Shown piece after piece: positions 63,125-64,000 of a stretch of 64,000 bases of DNA. The stretch covers positions 58,218,001 through 58,282,000 of the forward strand of contig NC_043008.1 in the NCBI RefSeq assembly GCF_006345805.1. Reading direction: 5' to 3'. The position numbers and the translations under genes were made by a program. The number at the start of each line of letters is the position of its first letter. Position 1 is the first letter of the stretch. The stretch comes from Octopus sinensis (taxonomy: Eukaryota). The notes under the pieces are model-generated. The model was not told the DNA's origin, ran no database searches, and saw only the letters and a program-made list of their open reading frames with translations.

Positions 63125-63451
63125 GATTTCTACTGAAGCAACAGGCAATGAAGGCAAATGAAGCCCTCACCAGAAAACTCATGCTAAAAATAACAGCTAG
63201 ATATCTGGTACACAGATGTGTATTATTAAGACGACTTATCTGTTGCATTCGATTCTTTTTTCACTTTAAGTAAATTCCCAGGTACACAGTTCTAATAGAA
63301 AGGCAGAAGACACCAGAAGCAAAAATAAGGAATATACCCGCACAGTTTAATATAGAAGTGTAAAGTATAATTTGTTACATAATCTCTACAATAAACATGA
63401 TATTGAATGGAATAATTCCCCGTTTGAACCTTTTTTCATATATAATATATA

Positions 63452-63489
<38 letters not shown>

Positions 63490-63688
63490 TGTGTGTGGTG
63501 TGTGTGTGTGTGTGAGGACACTGAGAATACGCATACCACCCCTTGTGCTTTATTTTTTATACAGATTCCGACTTTGTCTTCAACGGAGGTTCTGATATGC
63601 AAAAATCTACTTTTAGACTTTTAATACACCCACTCCTTAACTTTTCAATTTTTTTCCTGAAATTTTAAGAGTAGCTTTAAGGGTTATA

Positions 63689-64000
63689 TACGGATGCACA
63701 AACGCACAAAACGGAGAAACTGAAACAAACATGGACGGCTTGTTCCGAACCTCTCCCCCAGTGAGGAACAGTTCGCAAAAAATAACCCCCGATCGTTTTT
63801 CCCACAAATCCTATATGCATGGAATCTACATAGTCCGAGGTATATTTTCAGACAATTTCATTAAAAAATATCCCTTTTACTGAAAGTTAAGACGAACTGA
63901 ATTGGACTCCGGTGATTTTCCTAAAATCCTCCACCATCTTCTCTTAAAACACTTTCTTCACCTAAAAGTTGTATATTCTGAATCTACATGATATAACGCA
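63689..64000 (-). repeat. Diverged inverted copy of ~62810-63124, running off the window
   Basis: TACGGATGCA..CTTGTTCCGAA..GTTCGCAAAAA..GGAATCTACATAGTCCGAGG..CTGAAAGTTAAG..GGACTCCGGTG. Confidence 0.88.

Overview
AT-rich, microsatellite-saturated animal DNA, almost entirely intergenic or intronic. The repeat families resemble from memory those of coleoid cephalopods (Octopus); this is inference, not a database match. I found no complete protein-coding gene, real tRNA or rRNA gene, or CRISPR array, and most of the supplied ORF track is translated microsatellite. Content: (i) several tRNA-headed SINE families, labelled here A, B, C, CORE and F, many with target-site duplications (TSDs); (ii) decayed RTE and R4/Dong-type LINE remnants, mariner remnants/MITEs and non-autonomous Helitrons; (iii) a Penelope-like element (PLE) remnant with a readable GIY-YIG endonuclease; (iv) a truncated histone H4 pseudogene split by a SINE; (v) a near-identical ~970-bp tandem duplication; (vi) at least nine long inverted repeats; (vii) one plausible FN3-like exon on the minus strand. 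Most notable: about ten minimal type-I hammerhead-ribozyme (HHR)-like motifs with self-complementary stem III, spread over four unrelated small repeat families. One family is a tRNA-promoter-headed, SINE-like element with an HHR-like tail, present as a head-to-head palindrome (43200-43725). Also notable is a SINE subfamily that forms head-less tandem arrays, apparently by nesting into older copies of its own family and by moving as multimers. Boundaries were read by eye and are approximate (about +/-10-20 bp unless a TSD is given).
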